Position numbers and translations under genes: made by a program. From IMG/VR virus record IMGVR_UViG_2706794690_000015: a stretch of 20,379 nucleotides of DNA. One strand, given 5' to 3'. Within the stretch, counting starts at the first letter, position 1. Each line of letters starts with the position of its first letter. The notes beneath the pieces were generated by a model. It worked only from the letters and a program-made list of their open reading frames with translations, was not told the DNA's origin and made no database searches. The DNA comes from a virus. Its lineage: Duplodnaviria; Heunggongvirae; Uroviricota; Caudoviricetes. Positions 1-10,564 of the stretch are shown in pieces.

Positions 1-1236
1 CTACGATAACCGCGCATTCAACATGGCTACCTGTTCGTCGTTCATGTCATCAATCCACATACCGTAAATTTCATACACCATCTGCGCAGTTTCATGCCCC
101 ATCTGGCTGGCTATAAACGCCGGGTTCGCTCCTGCCGTCAACAGCCAGCAGGCAAAAGTATGCCGCGTATGGTACGGATTACGGCGGCGAATACCAGCAC
201 GTTTTACTGCTGCATTCCATCTCGCACCCAAACTGCTTACCGAGTAATAAGGTTTCTGTTTTCCGTTACACACTCTGGGCATGAAAACAAAATGCAGTTT
301 TTGCTTTTCGGTTCTGCCGTACTCCCGATGATAAAAAGTGATTTCGCTTTTGCGATGATGCCCGGTCAGTTTGTATTGCTCCTTCAGTGCTTCAAGAGCA
401 GGCTGCAGTAGTGTTACCGTCCGGATCCCCGCATTTGTTTTTGGGGGACCGAACATATCCAGTATCGTCAGGTTTCTTCTGACATTCACAACTCCCTTCT
501 CGAAATCCACATCCTCCCACGCCAGAGCAGCCAGTTCCCCGTGACGAAGCCCGGAGTATACGGCAAATTTCCACAAGTTCTGGCTCTGTCCTTTTTCACT
601 TTCCATTAATGCATTGAATTCTGTTTTAGATAACGGGTCAGGCTTTATTCTGTTTCTCTGTAATTTCTTTACTCCTTCAAATGGTTTGGTTGATATAAAT
701 CCCGACTGATACGCAAAACGTAACAACGAACAGAGCAGGGCGATATAGTTATCAACTGTGCGCACGGTTCTTCCTTTTTTGTTGGATCTTGGATTATCCA
801 GGTAAAGCGTTTCTCCATGCAGCAGTTCATTCCGGTAGTTTAAGATATCGCTATAACGAATATGCGATATCGGAGTACTCTCACAAATTATTATCCTGAG
901 TGTTTTTAATTGTGATTTCGTTTTCTTCATTGTGTTTGTTGTTAACTCTGTTTCTTTAATTTTTGTCCAGATATCACAAAGCTCCCCGAACGTTTTTATG
1001 ACCCTCGTTGTCACCATTTTTGCCCCAGTGCTGGACTGGGGAAAACGTCTTAAATACTCAAACTCACCGGAATTGATTTCATGAACTATCAACGCTCTTA
1101 AATTCCCGGCTTTTTTAATGTTACTGTTAGTAACCTCCCAGCCTTTCAATGTTTCCCGACATCGTTTTCCTCGAAACATGAACCAGATGCGAATGTATTT
1201 ACCTCGAATCTCGACACCTGTTGGTAATTTAGACAT
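1..1236 (-). CDS. intR: Phage tyrosine integrase (Rac prophage IntR-like), 411 aa
   Basis: Full-length ORF; N-terminus MSKLPTGVEIRGKYIRIWFMFRGKRCRETL matches my recollection of Rac IntR. Window starts at its stop codon, so attL lies outside. Confidence 0.9.
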   Translation of the reverse strand: MSKLPTGVEIRGKYIRIWFMFRGKRCRETLKGWEVTNSNIKKAGNLRALIVHEINSGEFEYLRRFPQSSTGAKMVTTRVIKTFGELCDIWTKIKETELTTNTMKKTKSQLKTLRIIICESTPISHIRYSDILNYRNELLHGETLYLDNPRSNKKGRTVRTVDNYIALLCSLLRFAYQSGFISTKPFEGVKKLQRNRIKPDPLSKTEFNALMESEKGQSQNLWKFAVYSGLRHGELAALAWEDVDFEKGVVNVRRNLTILDMFGPPKTNAGIRTVTLLQPALEALKEQYKLTGHHRKSEITFYHREYGRTEKQKLHFVFMPRVCNGKQKPYYSVSSLGARWNAAVKRAGIRRRNPYHTRHTFACWLLTAGANPAFIASQMGHETAQMVYEIYGMWIDDMNDEQVAMLNARLS

Positions 1237-1237
1237 A

Positions 1238-1453
1238 TCATGAGTCTTTGATAAACTGATTTATCTTTGGATAGTTATACCAGATAATCCCTCGCTTACT
1301 GTCTGGCTTCCCTAAAGGAGATACTCGTTTGAAGTGGAAGCCTTCCACCCAACAGTTCTGGCGGTATGCTTCAATTTGTCTGGCCCCCAGACCAGTGCGA
1401 AGCATCAGGCCGTATTCAACCATCCACTCTTCATTAAAGATTACTTGTGCCAT
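1238..1453 (-). CDS. ydaQ: Excisionase-like small protein (YdaQ-like), about 71 aa from [10 protein letters not shown]
   Basis: Small ORF immediately upstream of int on the same strand, the typical xis position. Start taken at the internal Met; the track ORF runs to 1477. Confidence 0.7.
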   Translation of the reverse strand: MAQVIFNEEWMVEYGLMLRTGLGARQIEAYRQNCWVEGFHFKRVSPLGKPDSKRGIIWYNYPKINQFIKDS

Positions 1454-1552
1454 CGCATCACCTCTGGCAGGCGCCAATGTTAGACTTAAATTGACGCCCG
1501 ATGTTGATTATTAATAATCAGCTATGAAGTTTTAATTTGAATACAATGCAAT

Positions 1553-1753
1553 TCACGAGGACTGAAGTTTCTCGCAATTAAAATTTATCAGTTTTACTTT
1601 CTGCTCTCTGGAAACGCCTGCTTCTTTTTTACCTGAGAGCATTTTTTCGCATTCTGATTTCGTTAGTTTAGATTTTGAATATCTTGTCCAGTTAGTAGGA
1701 GTGCCACCTTCCTTTTCAATAGTGGCGGTAATTTTATACATGAACACCTCCAT
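1553..1753 (-). CDS. ydaC: Small Rac early protein (YdaC-like); start uncertain
   Basis: Track ORF 1553..1813. GGAGGTG sits just upstream of internal Mets (MEVFMYKITAT...); the maximal ORF overlaps the upstream Lar-like ORF. Confidence 0.5.
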   Translation of the reverse strand: MEVFMYKITATIEKEGGTPTNWTRYSKSKLTKSECEKMLSGKKEAGVSREQKVKLINFNCEKLQSS

Positions 1754-1778
1754 TATTATTTCCAGTGGTTCGTTTATT

Positions 1779-1928
1779 TCATCGTTCGAGTGCTTCTTTT
1801 TCACTTCCACCATAACCGGTTCGGGATTCGCATCCGTTACACTTCGCTCGGTAATATCCTGAAATGGCTTTCACCGTTACTGATGGACAACCACAAAATG
1901 GACATGGTTTAACATTGTCATATCTCAT
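1779..1928 (-). CDS. ralR: Restriction-alleviation protein (Lar/RalR-like), about 49 aa with Cys-rich zinc-ribbon-like motif
   Basis: Hand translation of minus strand: MRYDNVKPCPFCGCPSVTVKAISGYYRAKCNGCESRTGYGGSEKEALER. Below the 60-aa track cutoff. Position between ydaC and recT matches Rac order. Confidence 0.55.
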   Translation of the reverse strand: MRYDNVKPCPFCGCPSVTVKAISGYYRAKCNGCESRTGYGGSEKEALER

Positions 1929-1983
1929 AATTTTTCTCATAAAAATATTTCAAGTTGGCGGTGCATTACACCGCCAGGCTGAA

Positions 1984-2793
1984 TTATTCCTCTGAATTAT
2001 CGATTACACTGTATTCCCCGGTTAATACAGAGGAATCTGCAGGATCGATTGTCAGTGGTTCCTTTTCATCCATTGATACTGCACGCTGGATCTCAATTGA
2101 TACGGGCAGATATTTGAACAGGCGACGAATAGCCGTTTTCTTTGCCATTTCTTCCCAGTGAGTTACCCACGGCCCGTTATTACCAGCTTTACTCTGGCTG
2201 CGCACCAGCTCAATCTGTTTGCGCGTCATAACTTCAAACTGAGTACCTCCGTCTTTCAGTCTTGCGACAGCATAGACGTGGGTAACAGGGGCATCTTCGT
2301 TTTCTCCTGGGCGGTGTATTAACTTTTCATCAAGGCCAAATTCGAAATTAAACTCGTCACCTTCACGGACAACACGGGCTGACAGGCTGGCGATTTGACC
2401 TGAACGGCGAGCCAGATCAATCATGCCGCGATAGCCAATGATTAGCTGAACGTTTTTTTTACCGCTCTTTTCGTTTTTATTACCAAAAGGCAGTAAATAT
2501 GCATGACCGAGGGCGCTACCGGGCTCAAGTCCGAGCTGTGAACACTGTACGATTGCACTGACAAAACTCATAGTGTCACAGTTTCCTAACGCCGGAACTT
2601 TACGAATTTCTGTGGTGGCGATACGGATCATACGTTCAGCCGTCATATGGCGTGGAAGAGCTGCTGCCAGTTGCTCTTTCATTGATGGCTGGTTAATAAA
2701 ACTAATCACGTCGTTATTTTTAATTGCTGCTGGTGCACGGTTTCCCTGAGTTTTTTGCAGATCGGCTTTTGCGATTGGTGGTTGCTTAGTCAT
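1984..2793 (-). CDS. recT: RecT single-strand annealing protein, 269 aa from [16 protein letters not shown]
   Basis: Sequence recognised as Rac RecT. Start taken at the MTKQ Met inside the 288-aa track ORF; overlaps recE stop by 8 nt. Confidence 0.9.
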   Translation of the reverse strand: MTKQPPIAKADLQKTQGNRAPAAIKNNDVISFINQPSMKEQLAAALPRHMTAERMIRIATTEIRKVPALGNCDTMSFVSAIVQCSQLGLEPGSALGHAYLLPFGNKNEKSGKKNVQLIIGYRGMIDLARRSGQIASLSARVVREGDEFNFEFGLDEKLIHRPGENEDAPVTHVYAVARLKDGGTQFEVMTRKQIELVRSQSKAGNNGPWVTHWEEMAKKTAIRRLFKYLPVSIEIQRAVSMDEKEPLTIDPADSSVLTGEYSVIDNSEE

Positions 2794-5386
2794 TTGCATA
2801 TTCCTTAGCCCAGCGGGGCAGTGATAACGTCTTAATAGCTGGCCATTCATCGGTATTGAGGCAGTCAGCCAGGGTTCGCAGATTGCGGTGATATTCCAGC
2901 TGACCTGCCAGTTTTGCTTCTTCGCCCATCATGAAAATTTCAACCGGATAACGTCCGCATTCAATAGTTGTGCTGGCAACCAGAAAAACGAAAGTTGGCT
3001 GCACTCCAAACTGTGCTTCATAACCGTCACTGTAGAATGCATCCTGAACGTGATAGCGGTAGTCGTAATAAGCGGTTTTGAATCGTTGAATATCCGCCGT
3101 AGTTTTCACGTCCATGATCCAGTGAAATTCAGGGATAATTTTGTCCGGACGGCACCGACACAAAATTGCTGTTTCAGGATCTTCCCAGTAAATTGATGAT
3201 TCAGCGTGTCCGGCGCTTTCAACAAGCCATTGCCCCAGCGGCAAAGCCATAACGCTCTGATACATGAGTTCAATTTTCCGGCCTTCTTCGGCAGTGATAA
3301 CCGTTTTTCCTGTGCTTGCGCATTCCCTCAGAAACGCTTTCTCTTCTTCTTTTCCGGAGTTTGTCCGGCGGTTAAATTCAGGTGCTACGATAAAGCGGTT
3401 ACTGAATTCTTCCGGCTCAAGTACCCGGCAGTGGAAAGCGGTTCCTAAATCGAGCGTTTTTGTCTTTGTGGTGTCCACGGGGGCATTTTTACGCCACAAA
3501 TACAGTGCCGGAGTATCAGCAATGTCATCGAGCTGAGACTTACTGACACCGGGACCCGCGTGGTAATTCTCATTCGAAATTCCGTAATAAATACCTGGCT
3601 CTATGTCTTCTACGATTACGGGATCTGCGACTTCGCCAGTTTCATCACTGCAATCGCGATGCGGATCGCTGCCAGCATTCTCATTGTGCGGATGTTCAGC
3701 GCCTTCCATTTCCTCCGGATCATTTTCCTTAGCTTCAACCTGACTCTCTTCATCGAATGTTTCCTGGTATGTTGCGTCGCCCATCACCGCACCACAGTCA
3801 GGGCAGTTATCCCCGCCAGTCTGGCCGCAGGCATTGCAGGCTATTTCCGGTTCCTGTTGCACTACTGGCTCAGGTTGATTCATATCCGGGCTGGTTTTTT
3901 CCGTTTCTGGCTGGTTCTGGTACACACAATCGCGAGTCTGGATCCCCTTTACCCATTTCGGATCGTTCGGGTCGCTAATTCCGTCAACAAATTCACCACG
4001 TGATGCAGCAAGCAATTTATCGGCATCGACAGGATTTTTTGATGGAATGTTTTTCCGGGCTTCATGGAGTTCTGCCCGCAGTTCCTGATATTTCGCATCA
4101 ACAGAATTTACCTGTGACTGAGCATCCAGCGGCTGCGTGTCCTGATGATGTTCAGTTGCGTCCGGTTCCATTGTTTCAGCCTCTCCCTGTTCAACTGCCG
4201 TTGTTCCAGATGGTTGCGGTTTTTCTTCATCATCCTGTTTTCCTTCTTCTGTTACTCGCTGCGGCATCGGGGCAGAGGAGCGACCGCAGGCAATATCCAC
4301 GATTTCCGGATCAGGGTTGGCATGATCGGTTTCAGTCAGTACTTTGTTCAGATATTCAGTGACGTGCGCGGGGATGACCTCGATCCCAATTGGTGCTTCT
4401 TTTACGGACGCAACCACGATGGCGCGGGAATAATCCAGCCCGCCAGGCATGGTGATGAATTTGTCGCGGAAAACAGAAAAGGGCGGTTTATTTTCAGCGA
4501 TAATTTCCTCAATGCGTTTAGCGTGTGCCGGATGAAGGTTATAGATGTCCAGATCCATTGAACGGGCCAGTACGCCAGTGGCTACGTCCCGCGCCAGTGA
4601 CGTCAGATCGTGTACGAAACCTTCGCCGCGATCGGTGAGGTTTCCGCCGCCAGCATTAGCACCGGAAGCCGTGCGAGTGATGTGTGAAACACGATTACCC
4701 TTCATCCACTCTTTTGTCAGCAGTCCTCGATCGGTGTAGTCAGCGTTCAGGTATGCTTCGAAAAAAGCAGTTATCAGTCCCAGGTTTGAATTACCAGGAT
4801 TAGGGAAAACTTTGTCAGTGTCACGAACCAGTTTGTGGAGTTCGCGAATTTCCAGCGGGTCGAGCAGGCTGGTTTTGTGGGAAACAGCCAGGGCAGTAAC
4901 AGCCGGTAGTTCTTCAGCCCGAGCAATGTGTAATGCCTGGAGTCCGTCGCGTGAAACGTGCGTTACCGGTTTTTCGCTGCCGTGTTGAGCAAGCCAACGA
5001 ATGGGCAGTTCCTGGCCAGAAATTGGGAGTAGCATATTCTCCTCAATCTCAGTCATGTCTTCGCCGTTGACGTTGGTATTGCCTTGATAGTGAGCGTTGT
5101 CTGGTGCTGCTCCCGGTTTTAGTTCCCATGTCATGGAGTCTTTGCTGAGTTGATAGCGTTCACTCCAGGTAAAATCGATCTCACCTTCAGCGGGCAGGTC
5201 ATTAACGACAGGAAAATTCGTGGCAACAGCTTTAAAATAGCTGCTCAGTTTTTTACCTGACTTAACGATCAGGTAGTCCAGAGTGGCACAGGTCGATTCA
5301 AAATCGTTGCTTGCCCACAGGACGACGTCAGGTTCACCGGATGATTTTTTCGCTTTCCGTAACAGGAAGAGTGGTTTTGTGCTCAT
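2786..5386 (-). CDS. recE: RecE exonuclease VIII, 866 aa
   Basis: 866-aa ORF with acidic/Cys-rich middle and C-terminal nuclease region, recognised as Rac RecE; recE-recT operon arrangement. Confidence 0.9.
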   Translation of the reverse strand: MSTKPLFLLRKAKKSSGEPDVVLWASNDFESTCATLDYLIVKSGKKLSSYFKAVATNFPVVNDLPAEGEIDFTWSERYQLSKDSMTWELKPGAAPDNAHYQGNTNVNGEDMTEIEENMLLPISGQELPIRWLAQHGSEKPVTHVSRDGLQALHIARAEELPAVTALAVSHKTSLLDPLEIRELHKLVRDTDKVFPNPGNSNLGLITAFFEAYLNADYTDRGLLTKEWMKGNRVSHITRTASGANAGGGNLTDRGEGFVHDLTSLARDVATGVLARSMDLDIYNLHPAHAKRIEEIIAENKPPFSVFRDKFITMPGGLDYSRAIVVASVKEAPIGIEVIPAHVTEYLNKVLTETDHANPDPEIVDIACGRSSAPMPQRVTEEGKQDDEEKPQPSGTTAVEQGEAETMEPDATEHHQDTQPLDAQSQVNSVDAKYQELRAELHEARKNIPSKNPVDADKLLAASRGEFVDGISDPNDPKWVKGIQTRDCVYQNQPETEKTSPDMNQPEPVVQQEPEIACNACGQTGGDNCPDCGAVMGDATYQETFDEESQVEAKENDPEEMEGAEHPHNENAGSDPHRDCSDETGEVADPVIVEDIEPGIYYGISNENYHAGPGVSKSQLDDIADTPALYLWRKNAPVDTTKTKTLDLGTAFHCRVLEPEEFSNRFIVAPEFNRRTNSGKEEEKAFLRECASTGKTVITAEEGRKIELMYQSVMALPLGQWLVESAGHAESSIYWEDPETAILCRCRPDKIIPEFHWIMDVKTTADIQRFKTAYYDYRYHVQDAFYSDGYEAQFGVQPTFVFLVASTTIECGRYPVEIFMMGEEAKLAGQLEYHRNLRTLADCLNTDEWPAIKTLSLPRWAKEYAND

Positions 5387-5487
5387 TGTTTTTTAACCTC
5401 AACTCAGATTAAAATTCGTTTTGTTCAGTGAATGATCTTGCCGGATACACACTGTTCATAGCCTGCGCCATACGCAGGCTATTTCTT

Positions 5488-5763
5488 TCAGATTTCACCT
5501 TTTAATTTCATTGCAATTAGAGTTGCCAGAAATTCGGCTTTTTTTTCTGCGGGCAGATTCTTTCCGATATGCACCAGGCACATTTTTTTGACACCTTCAT
5601 CAAGTGTTTTTACGTTGCCTGATGGACCATCGATATCAACCACAGTGAATGGGGTTTCTTTATTTTCTGTTTTAATTACGTAGCCAATGCGCTTTCCTTC
5701 CAGATTCACCTCGTGAACAATGTCATCGGTAGTTACAACAGTGGCTTCATAATTGGTAATCAT
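5488..5763 (-). CDS. racC: RacC-like protein, 91 aa from MITNYEATVV
   Basis: GGAG-type RBS before the internal ATG at 5763; position just upstream of recE as in Rac. Confidence 0.8.
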   Translation of the reverse strand: MITNYEATVVTTDDIVHEVNLEGKRIGYVIKTENKETPFTVVDIDGPSGNVKTLDEGVKKMCLVHIGKNLPAEKKAEFLATLIAMKLKGEI

Positions 5764-5837
5764 GTTTTTCTCCTTAATTAAGGTTGAGCGAATACCTGCC
5801 ATTTCTGGCATAAATTCAGTTTCGAATAGTCAATTAA

Positions 5838-6008
5838 TTAAAGTTCATGTGCCATCTGGTCTTTTTCGGCACAAGCTTCACTGCAATATTTTCTCGGTTC
5901 GTCTTTTGATAAAATCCCGTGCATGAAGTGAAGCATTCTTTCAATAGCTTTGCTTTCTTCAACGTCTTTTTTGCAAAGGTGGTAAGCACATTTTATTTTC
6001 TTAGTCAT
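5838..6008 (-). CDS. ydaE: YdaE-like small Cys-containing protein, 56 aa
   Basis: Hand translation: [59 protein letters not shown] overlaps kilR stop (ATGA); alternative start at 6014. Confidence 0.6.
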   Translation of the reverse strand: MTKKIKCAYHLCKKDVEESKAIERMLHFMHGILSKDEPRKYCSEACAEKDQMAHEL

Positions 6009-6229
6009 CACCATGACTCCGCCTTTACAGGTAAACCATCACGACCGAGGAAGACTTTAATCATGCGGTCAGTAATGCATGTTTTTGTGGTCAGGTTACG
6101 AATATATAGTTTTCGCTTTTTAATATTGTTTGCCGAGGCAATATATGTCCGGCCTTCATGAAGAACATAATCGCCAGGAGTCACACACTGACGTGGTATT
6201 TCATCAGTTCCGAAGTGATGTGCAATCAT
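6008..6229 (-). CDS. kilR: KilR cell-division inhibitor (FtsZ-targeting kil protein), 73 aa from [10 protein letters not shown]
   Basis: Sequence recognised as Rac KilR; track ORF carries a 4-aa upstream extension. Confidence 0.8.
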   Translation of the reverse strand: MIAHHFGTDEIPRQCVTPGDYVLHEGRTYIASANNIKKRKLYIRNLTTKTCITDRMIKVFLGRDGLPVKAESW

Positions 6230-6670
6230 AATTATCTCCATTTTTACAAATGAACTTTGTTGATGCGGTGCCTGGTGCCTCCAGGTGACTGCAACCAGTT
6301 AACAATTACAGTCGGCTTTCCCACCCAAACCAATAAGGACTAACATGACTTTTAACTGTGCCACGTGCGCTTAGCCGCATTCACCGCATCACAAAATTCA
6401 CTTTAAAAAGGGCGGACATCAGCCGAACTTCAAGAAAAAAACTGATGCCGCCAGGACTACACACAGCAATGTCGTTATTTACAACCGGAGGCGCACTCCC
6501 ACCATTTAAATTTAACAGACAAGACCGACTCTTTATGGATATCGGAAATGCGCCTTCGTGTTGTGCCCGGTTTTATTTCACCACCTCCGGGCTTCGGTGG
6601 TCTCGGCTATACCCCTACAGCGAGAGCTTGTGTTAACATTTCAATACCCTTACAGTTGAGAGTTATTGAT

Positions 6671-7159
6671 ATGTTGGATGTATTTACTCCATTGTTGAAA
6701 CTTTTTGCTAACGAGCCACTCGAAATACTTATGTATACGATTATCATTTTTGGTCTCACTCTCTGGCTGATACCGAAAGAGTTTACTGTCGCATTCAATG
6801 CTTATACTGAAATACCTTGGCTCTTTCAGATTATCGTTTTTGCCTTTTCTTTCGTGGTCGCCATTTCCTTCTCAAGATTGCGAGCACATATTCAAAAGCA
6901 TTATTCATTACTACCAGAGCAACGAGTATTGCTTCGTTTATCTGAGAAAGAAATCGCTGTATTTAAAGATTTCCTTAAAACAGGAAATCTTATTATCACT
7001 TCTCCTTGCCGTAACCCGGTTATGAAAAAATTAGAACGGAAGGGCATCATTCAACATCAGAGTGATAGCGCAAACTGTTCTTATTATCTCGTCACCGAAA
7101 AATACTCCCATTTTATGAAGTTATTCTGGAACAGCAGGAGTAGACGTTTTAATCGTTAG
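6671..7159 (+). CDS. sieB: SieB superinfection-exclusion membrane protein, 162 aa from MLDVFTPLLKLFANEPLE
   Basis: Hydrophobic N-terminal half; recognised as Rac SieB. The track ORF starting at 6548 is an upstream extension through non-coding-looking sequence. Confidence 0.85.
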   Translation: MLDVFTPLLKLFANEPLEILMYTIIIFGLTLWLIPKEFTVAFNAYTEIPWLFQIIVFAFSFVVAISFSRLRAHIQKHYSLLPEQRVLLRLSEKEIAVFKDFLKTGNLIITSPCRNPVMKKLERKGIIQHQSDSANCSYYLVTEKYSHFMKLFWNSRSRRFNR

Positions 7160-7311
7160 CTTACTGTGTGCTTCTCCAACCATCGGCGCGCACCAGTTTC
7201 GGTTTTAAATGTTTTGCTTTTGGTATACGTCATGGCAGTGAACGTTCCATCCTGGTTGGGGAACACGCCGCACACCAGGGATTCGTTGTTGCCGAGGTCG
7301 ATTTTTTGCAT
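7156..7311 (-). CDS. ydaF: YdaF-like small protein, 51 aa
   Basis: Hand translation: MQKIDLGNNESLVCGVFPNQDGTFTAMTYTKSKTFKTETGARRWLEKHTVS. Convergent with sieB, stop codons overlapping. Confidence 0.5.
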   Translation of the reverse strand: MQKIDLGNNESLVCGVFPNQDGTFTAMTYTKSKTFKTETGARRWLEKHTVS

Positions 7312-7321
7312 TTTGCGAATC

Positions 7322-7456
7322 TCACATCTTGTTGCTGTGTATAGCGACTTCTGCCTGCCAGAGATCCCAGTCGTTGCTGCGTAAAGCCTGCACAGCCTGG
7401 TTGTAAGTGATACCGCAACAATCCATCAAATACTGAACTACTTCGTAATGCACCAT
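7322..7456 (-). CDS. ydaG: YdaG-like small protein, 44 aa from MVHYEVVQYLMDCCGITYNQ
   Basis: AAGGGGAGAG RBS directly upstream of the internal ATG at 7456. Confidence 0.55.
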   Translation of the reverse strand: MVHYEVVQYLMDCCGITYNQAVQALRSNDWDLWQAEVAIHSNKM

Positions 7457-7746
7457 CTTATCTCTCCCCTTAACGCCGGGTGGCGGAACTGAAACCTGCT
7501 GCACTGCAAAATCTGAACCCTGCCGTCATGTTCATACGCCTCGGGCTGGCTACTTAACCCCTGACCACTGCCTGGTAACTCGAAGTATTGCCCTGCGTTC
7601 TGTGGGGCGGGGTGGGTTGGTAGGTATATAATGTACTTTGTGTTCATTGATGTAAAGTACTATAAGTACATTTTGTGTGTAAAAAAATGAGATGGGATAA
7701 AGTGAAGCACAAACCCGGAGGGGGACGCTACCGGATTTATGCTGGT

Positions 7747-8184
7747 TTAAGAGGCTTTTTGTTTTTTCTTTCGTGCTAGCTCTTCGTAAATTGCATTGTA
7801 CTTCTGTTTTTTCTCCTCAAGAGTTTTTAAAAGTTCATCTGTCTCACTGTCAGGGAGCTCGTCCAGAAGGTCAATGATGATTTTTTGTCTTGGATTTAAC
7901 TCCTGATAGAAACGTACCTGTCCACTTTCTTCTGTATCCTCTCCCAAAAGATAGGTTGGTGTTGTTCCAATGAGTGTTGCTAATTCCCTTAATTTCTCTC
8001 GGCGAGGAATTGTTTCGCCATTAAACCATTTGCTAACCGCTTTTGGTGTTAATTTCATTCGACGGGCAATTTCTGCCTGCCTTCCATGTTGTTCATAACC
8101 AGCGTTTTCACAGGCTAGCGCAAGCCTACTGGCGAACTCTTTACGCGCTTTATCTTCATGAACCATAAGTTCAATGATATTCAC
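7747..8184 (-). CDS. racR: RacR-like prophage repressor, XRE-family helix-turn-helix
   Basis: HTH region GRQAEIARRMKLTPKAVSKWFNGETIPRREKL; divergent from ydaS. Start uncertain (GTG at 8184 or ATG at 8166). Confidence 0.75.
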   Translation of the reverse strand: MNIIELMVHEDKARKEFASRLALACENAGYEQHGRQAEIARRMKLTPKAVSKWFNGETIPRREKLRELATLIGTTPTYLLGEDTEESGQVRFYQELNPRQKIIIDLLDELPDSETDELLKTLEEKKQKYNAIYEELARKKKQKAS

Positions 8185-8245
8185 TCTTGAATGTACTGTC
8201 AGTTCTGTTATAGCATGTACTCAAAGTTCACATTGTGAGGGTGAT
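8185..8245. promoter_or_regulatory. Divergent racR / ydaS-ydaT control region (expected operator and promoters)
   Basis: 61-bp gap between divergent repressor and Cro-like gene; GAGGG RBS before ydaS ATG. No operator half-sites defined by me. Confidence 0.4.
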
Positions 8246-8500
8246 ATGAACCAGAAAACACTTGAAGATGTAATCAAAACTGTTCGCGTTTCTGTTGTGG
8301 CCGACGTTTGTGGTGTCAGCCAAAGAGCAATCTACAAATGGATGGATAACGGAAAATTGCCTCGCACAGAATATACCGGCGAAACAAATTACGCTGAAAA
8401 AATCGCTCATGCATCAAACGGATTATTTTCTGCTGATGTAATTTTAACTATTGGCAGAAATAAAACTACTACGAAAAAGCTGATGGGAGTTGATTCATGA
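8246..8500 (+). CDS. ydaS: YdaS-like Cro/HTH-type small regulator, start MNQKTLEDVIK
   Basis: GAGGG RBS 5 nt before ATG 8246; the track ORF from 8174 would overlap the racR start. Confidence 0.65.
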   Translation: MNQKTLEDVIKTVRVSVVADVCGVSQRAIYKWMDNGKLPRTEYTGETNYAEKIAHASNGLFSADVILTIGRNKTTTKKLMGVDS

Positions 8501-8919
8501 AAATCAAGCATGAGCACATCGAGTCAGTGTTGTTAGCCCTGGCAGCCGAAAAAGGGCAGGCATGGGTAGCCAATGCCATTACTGAAGAATATCTGCGCCA
8601 GGGGGGCGGCGAATTGCCCCTGGTACCAGGCAAGGACTGGAATAATCAGCAGAATATCTATCACCGTTGGTTGAAAGGTGAAACGAAAACGCAAAGAGAA
8701 AAAATTCAGAAGCTGATCCCAGCAATTCTGGCAATCCTTCCGCGCGAGCTGCGTCACCGACTCTGCATCTTCGATACCCTGGAACGCCGTGCATTACTGG
8801 CGGCGCAGGAAGCGTTAAGTACGGCAATTGATGCGCATGATGATGCAGTCCAAGCCGTTTACCGGAAAGCGCATTTCAGCGGCGGCGGGTCTTCCGACGA
8901 TTCTGTCATTGTTCATTAA
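8497..8919 (+). CDS. ydaT: YdaT-like protein, 140 aa
   Basis: ATG overlaps ydaS stop; recognised as Rac YdaT. Confidence 0.75.
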   Translation: MKIKHEHIESVLLALAAEKGQAWVANAITEEYLRQGGGELPLVPGKDWNNQQNIYHRWLKGETKTQREKIQKLIPAILAILPRELRHRLCIFDTLERRALLAAQEALSTAIDAHDDAVQAVYRKAHFSGGGSSDDSVIVH

Positions 8920-8931
8920 GCAAAAGTTTCC

Positions 8932-9789
8932 ATGCTGTTTGTGCTTATTCTAAGCCACCGGGCAGCATCATACGGGGCAATTATGGCCGCATTACCATAC
9001 ATGCAACTGTACATAGCTGATTACCTGGCTGACACCATGCATTTGTCAGCAGAGGAGCATGGTGCGTATTTGTTGCTGATGTTCAATTACTGGCAAACAG
9101 GAAAGCCAATACCTAAAAACAGGCTGGCAAAAATTGCCCGTCTGACTAACGAGCGATGGGCTGATGTTGAACCATCCTTGCAGGAGTTTTTTTGCGATAA
9201 CGGCGAGGAATGGGTGCATCTTCGGATTGAGGAAGATCTGGCATCAGTCAGGGAAAAATTAACCAAAAAATCAGCCGCAGGAAAAGCATCTGTTCAGGCC
9301 AGAAGAAGCAGAAAGGAAGCAGATGTTCAAACAAAACAAGAGAGAAATTTAACAGGTGTTCAAACAGATGTTGAAGTGGTGTTTGAACATGATGTCAACA
9401 CAAAGGCAACTAATAAAGATACAGATAAAGATCTAAAAACAGATCCCCCCCTAAATCCCCCCCGGGGGAATCGAGGTGTCAAAAAGTTTGACCCTCTGGA
9501 TATTGCTTTGCCGAACTGGATTTCTGTCTCGCTTTGGCGTGAGTGGGTTGAATTTCGCCAGGCATTGCGAAAACCGATTCGAACGGAGCAGGGCGCTAAC
9601 GGGGCGATACGGGAGCTGGAAAAATTCCGCCAGCAGGGTTTTTCACCTGAGCAGGTGATTCGACACAGCATCGCCAATGAATACCAGGGCTTGTTCGCGC
9701 CGAAAGGTGTTCGACCTGAGACGTTACTCCGACAGGTTAACACCGTCTCGTTACCGGATAGTGCGATCCCGCCAGGCTTCAGGGGGTAA
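8932..9789 (+). CDS. ydaU: YdaU-like replication-initiation protein (DUF1376, O-like), 285 aa
   Basis: Position upstream of the DnaC-like loader; recognised as Rac YdaU. Confidence 0.8.
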   Translation: MLFVLILSHRAASYGAIMAALPYMQLYIADYLADTMHLSAEEHGAYLLLMFNYWQTGKPIPKNRLAKIARLTNERWADVEPSLQEFFCDNGEEWVHLRIEEDLASVREKLTKKSAAGKASVQARRSRKEADVQTKQERNLTGVQTDVEVVFEHDVNTKATNKDTDKDLKTDPPLNPPRGNRGVKKFDPLDIALPNWISVSLWREWVEFRQALRKPIRTEQGANGAIRELEKFRQQGFSPEQVIRHSIANEYQGLFAPKGVRPETLLRQVNTVSLPDSAIPPGFRG

Positions 9790-9795
9790 CTGACC

Positions 9796-10542
9796 ATGAA
9801 AAATATTGCGACAGGCGACGTTCTTGAACGTATCCGCAGACTGGCCCCGTCACATGTAACCGCGCCATTCAAGACGGTAGCGGAGTGGCGCGAGTGGCAA
9901 CTTTCCGAAGGCCAGAAACGTTGTGAGGAGATCAACCGTCAGAATCGTCAGTTGCGGGTGGAAAAAATTCTGAATCGCTCTGGCATCCAGCCATTGCACC
10001 GCAAATGCTCGTTTTCGAATTACCAGGTGCAGAACGAAGCGCAGCGATACGCGTTGAGTCAGGCGAAATCCATCGCTGATGAACTGATGACCGGGTGTAC
10101 AAATTTTGCGTTCAGCGGAAAACCTGGTACCGGGAAGAACCACTTAGCGGCAGCTATCGGGAATCGCCTGCTGAAAGACGGTCAGACAGTGATTGTGGTT
10201 ACCGTGGCTGATGTTATGAGTGCCCTGCACGCCAGCTATGACGATGGGCAGTCAGGCGAAAAATTTTTGCGGGAACTATGCGAAGTGGATCTGCTGGTTC
10301 TTGATGAAATTGGCATTCAGCGCGAGACGAAAAACGAGCAGGTGGTGCTGCACCAGATTGTTGATCGCCGGACAGCGTCGATGCGCAGCGTGGGGATGCT
10401 GACAAACCTGAACTATGAGGCCATGAAAACATTGCTCGGCGAGCGGATTATGGATCGCATGACCATGAACGGCGGGCGATGGGTGAATTTTAACTGGGAG
10501 AGCTGGCGTCCGAATGTCGTCCAGCCAGGAATTGAGAAGTAA
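9796..10542 (+). CDS. ydaV: DnaC/IstB-family helicase-loader ATPase (YdaV-like), 248 aa
   Basis: Walker [16 protein letters not shown] and Walker B LLVLDEIG visible in the translation. Confidence 0.85.
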   Translation: MKNIATGDVLERIRRLAPSHVTAPFKTVAEWREWQLSEGQKRCEEINRQNRQLRVEKILNRSGIQPLHRKCSFSNYQVQNEAQRYALSQAKSIADELMTGCTNFAFSGKPGTGKNHLAAAIGNRLLKDGQTVIVVTVADVMSALHASYDDGQSGEKFLRELCEVDLLVLDEIGIQRETKNEQVVLHQIVDRRTASMRSVGMLTNLNYEAMKTLLGERIMDRMTMNGGRWVNFNWESWRPNVVQPGIEK

Positions 10543-10564
10543 TTTTTACCGGGAGGAAATTTTT

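Noticed and set aside
2888-4739. Several 60-150 aa plus-strand ORFs inside recE (2888..3196, 3206..3448, 3264..3536, 3560..4003, 3757..3978, 4000..4362, 4145..4561, 4545..4739)
   Set aside because: Antisense shadow ORFs within a well-supported 866-aa recE gene; no RBS context and low-complexity, odd composition.
6358-6670. 92-aa ORF 6358..6636 and the N-terminal extension of sieB from 6548
   Set aside because: sieB begins at MLDVF (6671); the upstream region looks intergenic with hairpins and the extension has no independent support.
7230-7647. Minus-strand ORFs 7230..7421 (63 aa) and 7438..7647 (69 aa)
   Set aside because: They overlap the better-supported ydaF/ydaG frames or lie in the palindrome-rich intergenic region and lack RBS support.
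9360-10143. Minus-strand ORFs 9360..9935 (191 aa) and 9850..10143 antisense to ydaU/ydaV
   Set aside because: Fully embedded antisense to two recognisable replication genes; Cys/Arg/Ser-rich translation typical of shadow frames.
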